Assembly (NCBI GenBank): GCA_951406725.2
Contig: OX597831.1
Coordinates: 75,640,001-75,704,000, forward strand
Direction: 5' to 3'
DNA: 64,000 nucleotides
Source of the DNA: Octopus vulgaris
Lineage: Eukaryota
In this document: positions 10,955-23,520 of the stretch, in pieces
How the letters are laid out: every line of letters starts with the position of its first letter
How positions within the stretch are numbered: the first letter of the stretch is position 1
The notes under the pieces: model-generated
The model's input: only the letters and a program-made list of their open reading frames with translations
What the model was told of the DNA's origin: nothing
Database searches by the model: none
Made by a program: the position numbers and the translations under genes

Positions 10955-11495
10955 CATCATCATCATAGTCGTTTAACACCTGTTTTCCATGCTGGCATGG
11001 GTTGGACGGTTTGACTGAGATCTGGAGAGCCAGCGGCTGCACTAGGCTCCAATCTGATCTGGCAATGTTTCTACAGCTGGATGCCCTTCCTAATGCCAAC
11101 CACTCCAGGAGTATAGTGGGTGCTTTTTATCTGCCACCAGCATGGGGGCCAGCACGGGGTACTGGCATCAGCCACGTTCGGTTGGTGCTTTTTACATACC
11201 ACTGGTACAGGGGCCAGTCAGGCAGACCTGGCAATGACCATGTTTGGATGGTGCTTTTTACGTGCCACTGGCTACGTTTGGATGGTGATATATATATATA
11301 TATATATATATAAAAAGCACCAATCAATTGTGGCCGTTGCCAGCCTCCTCTGGCCCCTGCGTCGGTGGCATGTAAAAAAAACACCCACTACACTCACAGA
11401 GTGGTTGGCATTAGGAAGGGCATCCAGCTGTAGAAACACTGCCAGATCAGATTGGCAACCTATGCTAGCATGGAAAACGGACATTAAACGATGAT
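10955..11495. mobile_element. Inverted pair of RTE 3' fragments around (TA)n
   Basis: 10955-11280 is a minus copy and 11312-11495 a plus copy of the RTE tail. Confidence 0.85.
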
Positions 11496-11861
11496 ATATA
11501 TATATATATGTATATGCGATGGTTTTTGATAGACAGCATCGATTTTTACAATTCTGTAAATAATAATAATAATAGTATTTTATAAGCTTAAAGCTTATAA
11601 GTAACCTCCGTGCAATAACTAAAGAAAATAGTCTAATAATGGGGCACATAAGTTCTCGATGGAAATCAAGTAGGGTTTCCTAAACGCATGGGACTCAAAC
11701 CCAAATCTTTTTGTTTCTGTGACAAGTGTGTTAATCCTTTACACCAGTGTACAATCTGGGTCTTTGGGTATTGTGTAAAACAATCTTATTAACCATGTTT
11801 TATTTTGTTCTCTATTAATTGCCTTAAAATGGAGTATATATTTCTTCTAATATATTTTCAG

Positions 11862-11975
11862 GAAAATTTCTGGACCAAACAAATCCAACGCGAAGAAAAC
11901 CAAGTTTATCACGATAAACCATTGAAAGATTTCATAAGGACCATGTTGATTGATTACCAGCAATGCCAGTTTGAA
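11862..11975 (+). CDS. LAS1L: LAS1L exon (ENFWTKQIQ...YQQCQFE)
   Basis: ttttcag acceptor, GAA|gtaaga donor, phase 0/0. Has the (Y/F)WxxQ motif that follows the HEPN core. Confidence 0.9.
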
Positions 11976-12015
11976 GTAAGACCTGTTTATATTTATATAT
12001 ACATATGTATGTGTG

Positions 12016-12056
<41 letters not shown>

Positions 12057-12057
12057 G

Positions 12058-12629
12058 CACAGACATGCAGGAAGTAAATAGACACTTTTAATTTTCAAGA
12101 TCTTTTATTTGATATTAATTGGTTGAAGGAGAGGTTTTCTTCTAGCTGCTCGTCCATAATACCTAAGCGTATGCAGATATGTAACACACATTCTTGGACT
12201 AACTTCTAGCTGTTTTGGAATGTCAGAAGCCCTCGAACGGGGTTCGTTTTCCACAGTTCTCTTCAAACAGCGAAGCTTCCTTTCTGAGGGCCCAGGTTGG
12301 CCTGGACGAGAATCTGTTGATTCTTTTCCTTGGCTTTTGAATTGCACTATAATTCTATTAACAGTAGCAAGAAGAATTTGAAGATTTTCGGCAATTTTTC
12401 ACTGGCTAAGACCAGCTTCAGATTATCCAGCAATACAACCTCTTTGAAAATCTGACAGTTCTGCTGAATTTTTTGTGCGTGACATTGTTACTCTTCGCAA
12501 ATGTTTAATATAATGGCACCGGGAATGAAAAAGAATAATTACATTGTAATTTCTACACCGCTGGAAACATATTAAGACGTTTAGATAAGAAATTTTGAAA
12601 ATTAAAGGTGTCTATGTACTTCCTGCATG

Positions 12630-12635
<6 letters not shown>
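12058..12635 (-). mobile_element. Internally deleted Tc1-like transposon
   Basis: About 41-bp TIRs (CACAGACATGCAGGAAGTA.ATAGACAC.TTTAATTTTCAA). Minus-strand reading from ATG 12485 gives ELSDFQRGCI...[10 protein letters not shown] (Tc1 HTH domain) with two stops; the DDE domain is missing. Confidence 0.85.
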
Positions 12636-12662
<27 letters not shown>

Positions 12663-12847
12663 GTATATATACATAAGCCTTGTGAATAGATTTGTCAGGT
12701 GGAAAATTGAAAGAAGCCCATTGTGTGTGTGTGTGAATGCATACACACATATACTCACAGACGTTCCTTTTTTAGAACGTTTGAGCAATTCTCCGCAAAT
12801 AGGAGGAAGAAAAAGCTGAAAGAAATGGAACTTTACCTATTGGAAAT

Positions 12848-12890
12848 AAAACTGTCCGAACAGGAACACGAAACTCTGAGTAACAGTTTT
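12848..12890 (+). ncRNA. Defective hammerhead motif (same family as 13637)
   Basis: Stem I AAAACTGT/ACAGTTTT and GAAA-CTCTGAG-TA retained; core reduced to CCGA. Confidence 0.55.
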
Positions 12891-12921
12891 TGTGATATTT
12901 TTGCTGCTTTTTAATAAAACG

Positions 12922-12953
<32 letters not shown>

Positions 12954-13345
12954 GGCGCAGGAGTGGCTGTGTGGTAAGTAGCTTGCTAACCAACCACATG
13001 GTTCCGGGTTCAGTCCCACTGCGTGGCACCTTGGGCAAGTGTATTCTGCTATAGCCCCGGGCCGACCAATGCCTTGTGAGTGGATTTGGTAGACGGAAAC
13101 TGAAAGAAGCCTGTCGTATATATATGTGTGTGTGTGTATGTGTTTGTGTGTCTGTGTTTGTCCCCCTAGCATTGCTTGACGACCAATGCTGGTGTGTTTA
13201 TGTCACCGTCACTTAGCGGTTCAGCAAAAGAGACCGATAGAATAAGTACTGGGCTTACAAAGAATAAGTCCCGGGGTCGATTTGCTCGACTAAAGGCGGT
13301 GCTCCAGCATAGCCACAGTCAAATGACTGAAACAAGTAAAAGAGT
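12954..13345 (+). mobile_element. tRNA-headed SINE family A, full length
   Basis: A box TGGCTGTGTGG, B-box-like GGTTCAGTCCC, CORE-like CCTTGGGCAAGT, internal (TA/TG)n, tail AAGTAAAAGAGT; more than 15 copies or fragments in the window. Confidence 0.9.
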
Positions 13346-13390
13346 ATATATGTCTATCATCATCATTTAACGTCCGTTTTCCATGCTGGC

Positions 13391-13422
<32 letters not shown>

Positions 13423-13592
13423 GTATGTGTATATATTGTTTACTATTCCATTTTAGGTAGGATCAACAAAATAAGAAACTCCATCCAGTGAGAGATAGAC
13501 ATCACTTGTGAGTGTGTGTGTAGATGGATGCATACATATATATATATATATATATATACTTTATTTAAAAGCAGCAGAAAATTCAACAAAAC

Positions 13593-13630
13593 CTGTTACT
13601 CTGAGTTTCACGTTTCCCGTTCGTCGGACA
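13593..13630 (-). ncRNA. Minimal type I hammerhead ribozyme motif (CCGACGA core)
   Basis: Minus strand: TGT-CCGACGA-ACG(GGAAA)CGT-GAAA-CTCAGAG-TA-ACA. Confidence 0.7.
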
Positions 13631-13636
13631 AAAAAA

Positions 13637-13674
13637 CTGTCCGATGAACGGGAACGTGAAACTCAGAGTAACAG
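13637..13674 (+). ncRNA. Minimal type I hammerhead ribozyme motif (CCGAUGA core)
   Basis: CTGT-CCGATGA-ACG(GGAA)CGT-GAAA-CTCAGAG-TA-ACAG: stems I and II, near-palindromic stem III, GUA triplet ending at 13670. Confidence 0.75.
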
Positions 13675-13902
13675 GTTTTGTTGAATTTTCTGCTGCTTTT
13701 AAATAATGCATATTACTCTACCCCTGGTATTTGAGTACTCTTTCTTCCACCTTGTTTCACATCTATGTGTTTACTCCGGTATATATATATATATATATAT
13801 ACACATGAAATTATTCGTAGTGAATGGAAACAAACGATATGAAGACTAATTAATTAATTAGGTTTTTCATTTTACTTTTTTTCTGTCAATTGTTTTCTCT
13901 AG

Positions 13903-13985
13903 TTAATCCAGTCTAAAAGAAGAGATGGTAAACAGAAGCTAAAGCAGTTACTGGAAGGGATGAGGATGATACTGAATGAGACCAA
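13903..13985 (+). CDS. LAS1L: LAS1L exon (LIQSKRRDGKQKLKQLLEGMRMILNET)
   Basis: Long pyrimidine tract + tag, AA|gtaagt donor. Phase 0/2 is exactly what is needed to join the neighbouring exons. Confidence 0.8.
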
Positions 13986-14442
13986 GTAAGTAGAGAGGAG
14001 GAGGAGGAGGGTGTTTGGATAAGGGGTCTTGTTGCCGGTGGGAAAGGGGCAGGAGTGTCTGTACCACTCAGGGGGAATATATACATCATCATCATCATTA
14101 TCATCAACATCTGTTGGCATCGCTTGGAGCTGGCAAACCAGAGTTGCACCAGGCTCCAATTTTCTGTTTTGTCATAGTTTTTATGACTGGCTGCCCTTCC
14201 TAATGCCCACCACTTTGCATGGTATCCTACGTGTTTTATACATGTCACCAGCATGAGTGCTCTATATGTGGTGCTGGCACAAATGCTCTCCTGGTGCTTT
14301 TTATCTAGCGCCAGTATTAGTCCTTCATAAGTGGCACTGGCATGGGTGTTTTATATGTGGTTCCGGCACGGGTGCCATATGTGTGGCACCAGAGCTGTTT
14401 GAAGATATTGGGTATTTTGATTCAGTATTTTCTACCTTACCT

Positions 14443-14863
14443 ATTTCTTTACTACCCACAAGGGTCTAAACACAGAGGGGACAAACGGATTAAGTCGATT
14501 ACATCGATCCCAGTGCATAACTGGTACTTAATTTATCGACCCTGGAAGGATGAAAGGCAAAGTCGACCTTGGCGGAATTTGAACTCAGAATGTAGCGGCA
14601 GATGAATGTAATAATTTGTTTCATGAAATATATTTCTTTATTGCCCACAAAGGGCTAAACACAGAGAGGACAAACAAGGACAGACAAAGGGATTAAGTCG
14701 ATTACATCGACCCCAGTGCATAACTGGTACTTAATTTATCGACTCCGGAAGGATGAAAGGCAAAGTCGACCTCGCCAGAATTTGAACTCAGAACATAATG
14801 GCAGACGAAATACAGCTACGCATTTCGCCCGACGTGCTAACGATTCTGCCAGCTCACCGCCTT
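14443..14863 (-). mobile_element. Two tandem SINE family B copies
   Basis: Reverse complement of GGCGGCGAGCTGGCAGAA...GCCTTTCATCCTTTCGGGGTCGATAAATTAAGTACCAG; flanked by duplicated TATTTTCTACCTTACC. Confidence 0.85.
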
Positions 14864-15344
14864 ATATTTTCTACCTTACCCGACTCATCAGTTACCACTT
14901 ACCCACACCTACCAACTGTACCCACATGCTAGGAAGGAACCTTACTCCTTTAGCATTCAGATTACTCTGCCAAGTGTAATCCTTATTTATTCCCGTTGTT
15001 TCGACTTAATCCTGGATTATCTCATAACCTTGAGATTTTGCTGATGTGATTGTCTATTTTCAGAATGACATTGTTGGATAGGTTTGAGAGGCTGGATCTG
15101 GCCAGTTTGAATATAAAAGAGAATGTTTGGGCCAGATATGGCTAGTTTAAGGGTTAAACTGGTTTAAAAACGTATTTCTTCATTTTCTTCCTCTTTATTC
15201 TGTGTTCTAACGAGTTTCCAGCATCCTGCTACTCATCTGTTCTGCATCATCATCATCGTCATCATAATGCTACAGTCACACTGTATTTGTAATGCCTGGA
15301 ACATTTAAGAATTCTTTAGTCAGACCAGATCTCTGGTGTTAAGA

Positions 15345-15598
15345 AGGGCGTAAAAAGCACCAACCAATTGTGGCCGTTTGCCAGCCTCCTCTGGCCCCTG
15401 TGCCGGTGGCATGTAAAAAAACACCCACTACACTCACAGAGTGGTTGGCGTTAGGAAGGGCATCCAGCTGTAGAAACACTGCCAGATCAGACAATTGGAA
15501 CTTGGTGCTGCCAGTTTCTCTCAAATTGTCCAACCGTCCATTCCATGCCAGCATAGAAAACGGAAGTTAAGTGATAATGATGATGATGATGATGATAA
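15345..15598 (+). mobile_element. RTE 3' fragment
   Basis: Matches the RTE tail and ends in (ATG)n. Confidence 0.8.
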
Positions 15599-16114
15599 TG
15601 CACCCCCACCCCCCAAATGTCTTGAAAAATCACTCTGGATTCTGTATGTGAAGTTGGGGATCCCATAAGCTTTGATGCAATAAAAATTTGTTTTCTGAAT
15701 ATGTGCTGTTGAAATTGTGGTGCATCTAACATGCCAGTCTGTCTTTTTTTTTTTTCCCTCTCTCTCTTTCGGAGAGGCACTGAGCACCTACACGCACACA
15801 TCCACACACGGCAGTAACTTCCACCTACCGAATTCAATCACAAAGCTTCGGTCGGCTCGGGGCTATAGCGGAAGACACCTACCCAAAGTGCCACGCTTTA
15901 TCTCCTCAAATTTGGTAATAGAAGGAAGAGGACGGTTCCTTAGAAGTGAGAGGACGATTGTGTAAGGCTCAAATAGAAATGGTCAAAGTTGATCTCTAGA
16001 TATTGAGCTTTGGTGATGGAAAAGATGAATGGATGTGGTAAGTGGTGAGATGCTGTGTTGGAGAAGACCTGACCCATCCATACAAACGTGTTTTGAACGG
16101 ATGTAAAAATGGTA

Positions 16115-16500
16115 AACACGACGATTATAATAACTCTGAGCACCTTTTCAAACTCCACCTGTCTAACACCCGTGGACATATTTACAAAGTCAGAAAACAG
16201 CACAGCTCCCATGACTTTCGGAAACTTTTTTTATCATGCTAAGAGTTGCTGAAGCATGGAACAAACTGCCGGCATCGGTTGTTAGTTGTCGGAGCACTGC
16301 ATCCTTCAAAACTTCCATGCTTCCTGAGATTTGCCAACACTACACCTGATTTTCTCCCCTCCATACATACACAAGCATGTATCTGACTCATGCATTGTTT
16401 GCTTTCCAGACATTTCTACATTACTGCATATGCTTTATATGCACTTTCTGACAAGTTGTGGTGCACCTGAGCACTGTATACAATAATTTCATTATTATTA
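16115..16500 (+). mobile_element. CR1-like LINE 3' fragment
   Basis: NTRGHIYKVRK...WNKLP; same family as 9271-9603. Confidence 0.85.
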
Positions 16501-17565
16501 TATGATAGTTGATCAACATTTCCAGCTTGGCAAGGAAGGGAGATAACTCTGGGCATGCTTCATTCTGATTGCAAATCGTCAGTGATGCTGCCCTCTATCA
16601 TAAACTGGCCGAAATATGAGCAGCCCATAAGCGGGTGTTTGGAATATAACATGAAATTCTGATGAAAAGTTTGAATTTAGATCACTTCAACTCTTTTCTT
16701 ACCATATTTCTGCTAAAATACAATGTCTATGTTTCAATTAATTTTGAGGTTAAATAGCTTTGTTGTTATTAAGCGCCTGTTTGGGACATGAAAGCTTGAT
16801 GGAAGGTTTTAATTTAGATCACTTTAAAAAGCAGAATTCTGTATCTTAGGACCAAAGGTAGTCTGAAGCAGGTTGGTACCTTTGAAGGACTAATGCCACA
16901 GGTTGGTGCAAATAGTTGAAATGAGCTGCCAGTGATGGCGCTAATGGTATAAAATCCAGTAAAATAGTTTGGTTGTGGTTATATTATGATGTGGAGTGTT
17001 CTTGGGAATAATGAGCCACAGGTAAGTTGTGATTGTTATGAAAACATCTTGAAGGTGTGACTGTGTTTTAAGAAGCTTACTTCCCAACTACATGGTTCCA
17101 GGTTCAGTCCCACTGTCAGGCACCTTGGGCAAGTGTCTTCTACTGTAGCCTTGACTCTACCAAAGCCTTGTGAGAGGATTTGGTAGATGGAAACTGAAAG
17201 AAGCCTGTCGTACACACACATCTGTGTGTCTGTGTTTGTATTCCACCACTGTTTGACAATCAGTATGGCATGGGAGCCAGTCAAGGGGGCGCTGGCATTG
17301 GCCACGTTCGGATGGTGCTTTTTATGTGCCACCGGCACGGGGATCGCAACTACAATTTCCATTTGATTTTCATTTTGATGTTGATGTACTTGACACAATA
17401 GGTCTCCTCACGCACAGCAGATCGCCCTACAATCCCAGGTACTTTGGAATGGGCTGGGGCTGATTATGCGAAACTGGTGTAGGATACAGCTGTGAACTCA
17501 CTTTATTTGCAGAACTCACTTTATATCTCCAGAATGTTTAATATAATTTTTTTTGTATTTTTCAG

Positions 17566-17651
17566 TCCTGAATTTTTATCCATCATACTGGAAGAAGGTT
17601 ACTTAATTCCCTCGGCTGAACAACTGGAAGCCCTTGACATTGATCCAGCTG
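17566..17651 (+). CDS. LAS1L: LAS1L exon (PEFLSIILEEGYLIPSAEQLEALDIDPA)
   Basis: tttttcag acceptor, G|gtaggg donor, phase 2/1. Resembles human LDDGFLVPTFEQLAAL as recalled. Confidence 0.9.
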
Positions 17652-17819
17652 GTAGGGAATCTTTCCTTTTAAATCAGTTTTCTTTTGTTGTTGTTTTAGT
17701 TTTTATTTTTACTGTTACTTTTAAAATTTATGTTTTTTAATTTTTTTCTAAATAACAGAATGGATTAAGCGTTGTCTAATGCTCTGGTCATTCTACCAAT
17801 CCATTCTCTTAGTAATTAT

Positions 17820-19058
17820 GATAATAATAATAATAATAATAATAATAAGGCCTGAAATTTAATGGGAGGGGCCTAGTCGATTGTATCAATGACAGGATGT
17901 GACTTGTGCTTACTTCATTGACCCCGAAAGGATGACAGGCAAAGTCAACCTCGGCAGAATTTGAACTTAGGAAAGCGAAGATAAATGAAATACTAGTGGT
18001 GCCCCAGCATGGCCACAACCTCAAAGCATTTTGTCTGGTGCAGTAATGATTCTACCAGCTCACCACCTTAATAATAATAATAATAATTACCCTTTTTACT
18101 AAAGGCACAAGGCCTGAAATTTTGTGGGAGGGGATTAGTTGATTACATTGACCCCAGTGTTCCACTGGTACTTGATTTATCAACCCCGAAAGGATGAAAG
18201 GCAAAGTCAACCTTGGTGGGATTTGAACTCAGAATAGACAAAATGCTGCAAATATTTGGCCCTGCATGCTAACGATTGCCAGCTCACTGCCTTAATAATA
18301 ATAATAATAATAGGCAAAAGGCCTGAAATTTAAGGAAAGTGGTCTAGTTGGTTTGATCAATCCCAGTGCATAACTGGTACTTATGTCATCAACCTCAACC
18401 CTGGTGAAATTTGAACTTGGAATGCAGCGGCAGAGGAAATACCACTAAGCATTTTGCCCTGTGTGTTAATGATTCTGCCAGCTTGCTGCCTTAATAATAA
18501 TAATAATCATCATCATTGTCGTCTTCGTTTAGCGTCCGCTTTCCATGCTGGCATGGGTTGGACGATTTGACTGAGGACTGGCGAACCAGATGACTGCACA
18601 AGACTCCAATCTGATCTGGCAGAGTTTCTACAGCTGGATGCCCTTCCTAATGCCAACCACTGCGAGAGTGTAGTGGGTGCTTTTATGTGCCACCTGCACA
18701 AGTGCCAGTAAGGCGACGCAGGTAACAATCACGCTCGAATGGTGTTATTTACGTACCATTGGCACAGAGGCTAGCTTGTTGCTCTGGCAACGATCTCACT
18801 CGTATGGTACTCTTAGCTCTCCACTAGCACGGATGCCAGTCATCGAATTTGATTTCGATTTCACTTGCCTCAACAGGTCTTCGCAAGCAGAGTTTAGTGT
18901 CCAATGAAGGAAAGGTACGCATAAGTGGGCTAGTTACACCCCTGGCATAGGCCACATGGTTATGGTCTCACTTGAGCTTGCCGAGTCTTCTCAAGCACAG
19001 CATATTTCCAAAGGTTCCGGTCACTAGTCATTGCCTCAGTGAGGCTCATGCCTTAATG

Positions 19059-19090
<32 letters not shown>

Positions 19091-19308
19091 CCTTTTGGCT
19101 ATAAATACAAGGCCTGAAATTTGGGGGCAGGAGTTAAGTCAATTACATTGACCCCAATACTCAACTGGTACTTAATTTATTGACCCCGAAAGGATGGAAG
19201 GCAAAGTCAACCTCGGCGGTATTTGAACTCAGAATGTAGCGATGAGCAAAATTCTACAAAGCATTTTGTCCGGCATGCTAACGGCTCTGCTAGCTCACTG
19301 CCTTAATA

Positions 19309-19339
<31 letters not shown>

Positions 19340-19950
19340 GGACCAGTCAGTTGGTACTGGCAACGGACATGCTCAAATGGTAAAAAACACCATTTGAGCA
19401 TGGCCATTGCCAGTACCGCATGACTGTCCCTTGTGCTGGTGGCACATAAAAGTACCCACTACACTCTCGGAGTGGTTGGCGTTAGGAAGGGCATCCAGTT
19501 GTAGAAACTTTGCCAGATCAAGATTGGAGCCTGGTTCAGCCATCTGGTTCACCAGTCCTCAGTCAAATTGTCCAACCCATGCTAGCATGGAAAGTGGACG
19601 TTAAACGATGATGATGATGAGGATGATGAAGGCAAGCAATTTTAAGGGGAAAAAGTTAGCTGATTACATTGATGGCATACTTAACAATTACTTTATTTTA
19701 TTGACCCCCAAAAGAATAAAGTATATGTTGGTGGGATTTGAACTCAGAACATTAAGCCACAGGAACAATGCTGCTAAACATTTTGTGTGCTGCACAAATA
19801 ATTCTGCCAGCATCAGATTTGGGGCCATGGGAGAAGGGCTGTCAGTTACATTGCTCTGTGTATGTCGCTAGTATTTTAGTTGATTGGCCCCAGAAAAATA
19901 AAAAGTAAAGTCAACCTTGGCAGGATTTGAACTCAGAACATGAAAGTCTG
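17820..19950. mobile_element. Cluster of SINE family B copies separated by (TAA)n, interleaved with RTE 3' fragments (18505-19047 minus, 19340-19628 plus)
   Basis: At least five minus-strand AAGGCCTGAAATTT...GAACTCAGAA...CAGCTCACTGCC units bounded by (TAA)n. Confidence 0.8.
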
Positions 19951-20424
19951 TAACTAAATATGGCTCTGAGGATTCAGGCAATATGTGAAACTTATACGGT
20001 ATCAGTCAACAACCTTAACCCATTAATTGCCAATTTTTTAAATTCATATTTTTTGGCTTTGCCAGGTGTCTTAGGAGTTAAAATTATATATAGTATTTAA
20101 ATTTTTTTCATAAGTGAAGTATTTTGGAAATTGGGATTAATTTTTTAGAATGTCCCAAATTGCAATAATAAACATTTTAGCCTTTTCGAAACTATAGTAT
20201 CAAATGTGAATGGGTATGAAATATCAATGAATGATATGAATGGGAAATGCAAAAACAAAAAGAAAGTTTTCAAAATAGTCAATATTTTTGTAGTTCAAAA
20301 ACTGCAATTTATGACATAAAATGAATTTAGCCAGAGAATTAACCAGAGCCAAAATTGACAAACTTCACCTACTAAATATTGTTAAACAGATCTCTGCAAA
20401 TGCAATGTAAATAAATAATTCACT

Positions 20425-21619
20425 TTAACCCTTTTGTTACCATATTTCTGTAGAGATGCTCTGTGTTTCTTTCAATCAATTTTAAATATAACAAAGAATT
20501 TAGTAAAATAACTTAGTTATCATTAAGCTAGTGTTAGGAACATAAATTGTGACTAAGGTTTGGTGGAAGATTTTAATTCAGAACTTATGAAAACAAGACA
20601 TTTGTACTACAGAGCCAGAGGTGGTTACAGCCAGGTTGGTATCGAAAGGGTTAAATTAACCATTTGTTAACCTTTTTGTTACCATATTTCTGTAGAGATG
20701 CTCTGTGTTTCTTTCAATTACTTTAAATATAACAAAGAATTTAGTAAAATAACTTAGTTATCATTAAGCTAGTGTTAGGAACATGAATTGTGACTAAGGT
20801 TTGGTGGAAGATTTTAATTCAGAACTTATGAAAACAAGACATTTGTACTACAGAGCCAGAGGTGGTTACAGCCAGGTTGGTATCGAAAGGGTTAAATTAA
20901 CCATTTGTTAACCTTTTTGTTACCATATTTCTGTAGAGATGCTCTGTGTTTCTTTCAATTACTTTAAATATAACAAAGAATTTAGTAAAATAACTTAGTT
21001 ATCATTAAGCTAGTGTTAGGAACATAAATTGTGACTAAGGTTTGGTGGAAGATTTTAATTCAGAACTTATGAAAACAAGACATTTGTACTACAGAGCCAG
21101 AGGTGGTTACAGCCAGGTTGGTATCGAAAGGGTTAAATTAACCATTTGTTAACCTTTTTGTTACCATATTTCTGTAGAGATGCTCTGTGTTTCTTTCAAT
21201 TACTTTAAATATAACAAAGAATTTAGTAAAATAACTTAGTTATCATTAAGCTAGTGTTAGGAACATAAATTGTGACTAAGGTTTGGTGGAAGATTTTAAT
21301 TCAGAACTTATGAAAACAAGACATTTGTACTACAGAGCCAGAGGTGGTTACAGCCAGGTTGGTATCAAAAGGGTTAAATTAACCATTTGTTAACCTTTGT
21401 GCTATCATATTTCTGTTGAGATGCTCTGTGTTTCTTTCAATCAATTTTAAATATAACGAAGAATTTAGTATAATAACTTCATTATCATTAAGCTAGTGTT
21501 AGGAACATGAATTGTGACTAAGGTTTGGGGGAAGAATTTGATTCAAAACTTATGGAAACAAGACATTTGTACTATAGAGCCAGAACTGGTTTCAGCCGGG
21601 TTGGTAACGAAAGGCTTAA
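20425..21619. repeat. Five tandem piggyBac-type MITEs, 241-bp period
   Basis: Units begin at TTAA 20425, 20667, 20908, 21149 and 21390. Each runs TTAA-CC(C/T)TTTTGTTACCA...TGGTATCGAAAGGG-TTAA, with a 12-bp spacer ATTAACCATTTG. Confidence 0.85.
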
Positions 21620-21699
21620 ATACAATGAACAACCGGCAGTGAGACTGCTTTTAGCAGATCCCCAAATGGGGTTTATGGCAGGCAATAAGTTAAATCTCT

Positions 21700-22829
21700 T
21701 ACTCTCTCCCTCTCTCTCTTTATGTCTCTTTTTATGTTTCTCTATTTCCATCTATCTTTCTCTTTCTCACTGTGTATCTCTCTACCTCTCCTTATCCATC
21801 TCTCCTTCTTTCTGTCTATCCTTCTGTTTCTCTTTGTCTCTATCTCCCTCTTTTTCTCTCCATCCGTCTCTTTTCATTTCTCCCTCTCTCTCTCTACATC
21901 TCTCTCTGTCTCTCTCTATCTCTCCTTATCCATATCTCCTTCTTTCTGTCTCTCCTGTTTCTCTTTGTCTTTCCCTCCATCCGTCTCTTTTCATTTCTCC
22001 CTCTCTCTCTCTCTCTCTCCCCTTTTAATTGAATTCAGACCAATAATTAAACCTGTCTCCATTCACTTTTGCAGAACTCCAATCCCAGAATGGTTTATGG
22101 TTGCCAGATAGCCTCGTCCAGTTCTGGAAACCAATCCTGCTGCTGCTACATACAATGAAATTCACTCCTGTTGTGGTCAAGAATTTAATGGTCATGGTTT
22201 GTGCCAACGACAGTGAATCTCTGCCTGCTAGACTCACGGCTGGTTGGCTCATGGCCATTTTATTCAGCGTCAACCAAGCAAGTATGTCCAACCTTCTCCA
22301 CTCACTCTCTCTCCATCTCCCTAACTTTCTCTTTTGCTCTCTCTCTCTCTCTCTCTCTAACCCCTCTATCTATCTATCTCTCCCTCTCTCTCTCCTGCTT
22401 CTCTATTTTTCTATCTTCTCTCTCTTGTATTTCCCTTTATTTTCTCTCTTTATCTCTTTCTCTACCCACCCCTCTCTCTCTCTTTTTATTTCTTTCTCTC
22501 CCTCTCTGTCACTGTCTCTCTTTACCTCACTCTCTCTCTATCTCCTCTCTTTATCTTTCCCTTTCTACTCTGCTCTCTCTAGCTCCCTTTCTATCTATTT
22601 TTCTCTATCTTCCCCTCCCTATATCTATTTATCTCTCCCTATCTCTCTTCCTTTCCCTCTTTTCTCTTTATCTGTCACTTATTCTCTCTCTCTCTCTTCC
22701 CTACCTTCCTCTCTCTCTCTCTCTCCTACCTTCCTCTCTCTCTCTCCCTCTCCTGCCTTCCCCTCTCTCTGTGTCTGTCTCTCTGTCTGTCTCTCTCTGT
22801 CTGTCTCTGTCTCTCTCTCTCTGTCTCTT

Positions 22830-22877
<48 letters not shown>

Positions 22878-22930
22878 CTAAACCTCAGTATTGCTCTTCT
22901 TTATCCTCTGCCGTCTCTCTTCTTTCTGCT
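21700..22930. repeat. CT-rich low-complexity tracts on both sides of a LAS1L exon
   Basis: Degenerate (CT)n at 21700-22022 and 22295-22930. Confidence 0.9.
22075..22281 (+). CDS. LAS1L: LAS1L exon (LWLPDSLVQFWKPILLLLH...AGWLMAILFSVNQA)
   Basis: ttttgcag acceptor, A|gtatgt donor, phase 1/1. Resembles human QFWQPLLRGLH as recalled. Confidence 0.9.
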
Positions 22931-22944
22931 CCCACAAACACATC

Positions 22945-23520
22945 GGTGTGACTGTGCTTTAGACGGTTACTGCTTGCTTCCCAACCATGTAGTCTCAGGT
23001 TCAGTTCCAGTGTGTGGCACCTTGAGACATGCAGTCTTCCACTTTAGGCTCAGCACATGACTGTGTGGTAAGAAGACTGCTTCCCAACCACATGGTTCTG
23101 GGTTCAGTCCCACTGTGTGGCACTTTGGACAAGTGTCTTCTACTGTAGGCACAGGCATGGCTGTGTGGTAAGAAGTTTGCTTCCTAACCAGGTTGCTTTA
23201 GGTTCAGTCCCACTGCGTGGCACTTTGGTCTGAGTGGATTTGGTAAATGGAAACTGTAAGAAACCTCTGTTTGTGTGTGTCTGTTTGTGCCTGTATTTGT
23301 TACCCACCACTGCCTGGCAACTAGCGTTGGTGTATTTACATCTCTATAACTTAGCAGTTCGGCAAAAGAGATTGTTAGAATAAGCACCAGGCTTGACATA
23401 AAACAAAACAAAACAAAAAAAAAAATAAGTACTGGGATGGATTCCTTTGATTGAAAGTTCTTCAAGGCAGTGCCCCAGCATGGCCACAGTCTAATGACTG
23501 GAACAAGTAAAAGATGAAAG
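22945..23520 (+). mobile_element. SINE family A with three tandem heads
   Basis: Head motif CTGTGTGGTAAG...GGTTCAGTCCCACTG.GTGGCAC occurs three times before a single body. Confidence 0.75.

Larger units (their letters stand above)
13561..13780. mobile_element. Penelope-like terminal remnant: 146-bp palindrome with two divergent hammerheads
   Basis: Arms 13561-13630 and 13638-13706 are near-perfect reverse complements, followed by a 74-bp one-sided extension; (TA)n on both flanks. Confidence 0.7.

Noticed and set aside
13461-13487. Possible 27-nt in-frame LAS1L micro-exon (DQQNKKLHP)
   Set aside because: Weak, ambiguous splice sites and not needed for frame; cannot be supported without RNA data.
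22282-23060. 319-aa ORF extension beyond the LAS1L exon
   Set aside because: Read-through into a CT-rich intron; a donor at 22282 gives the correct phase.
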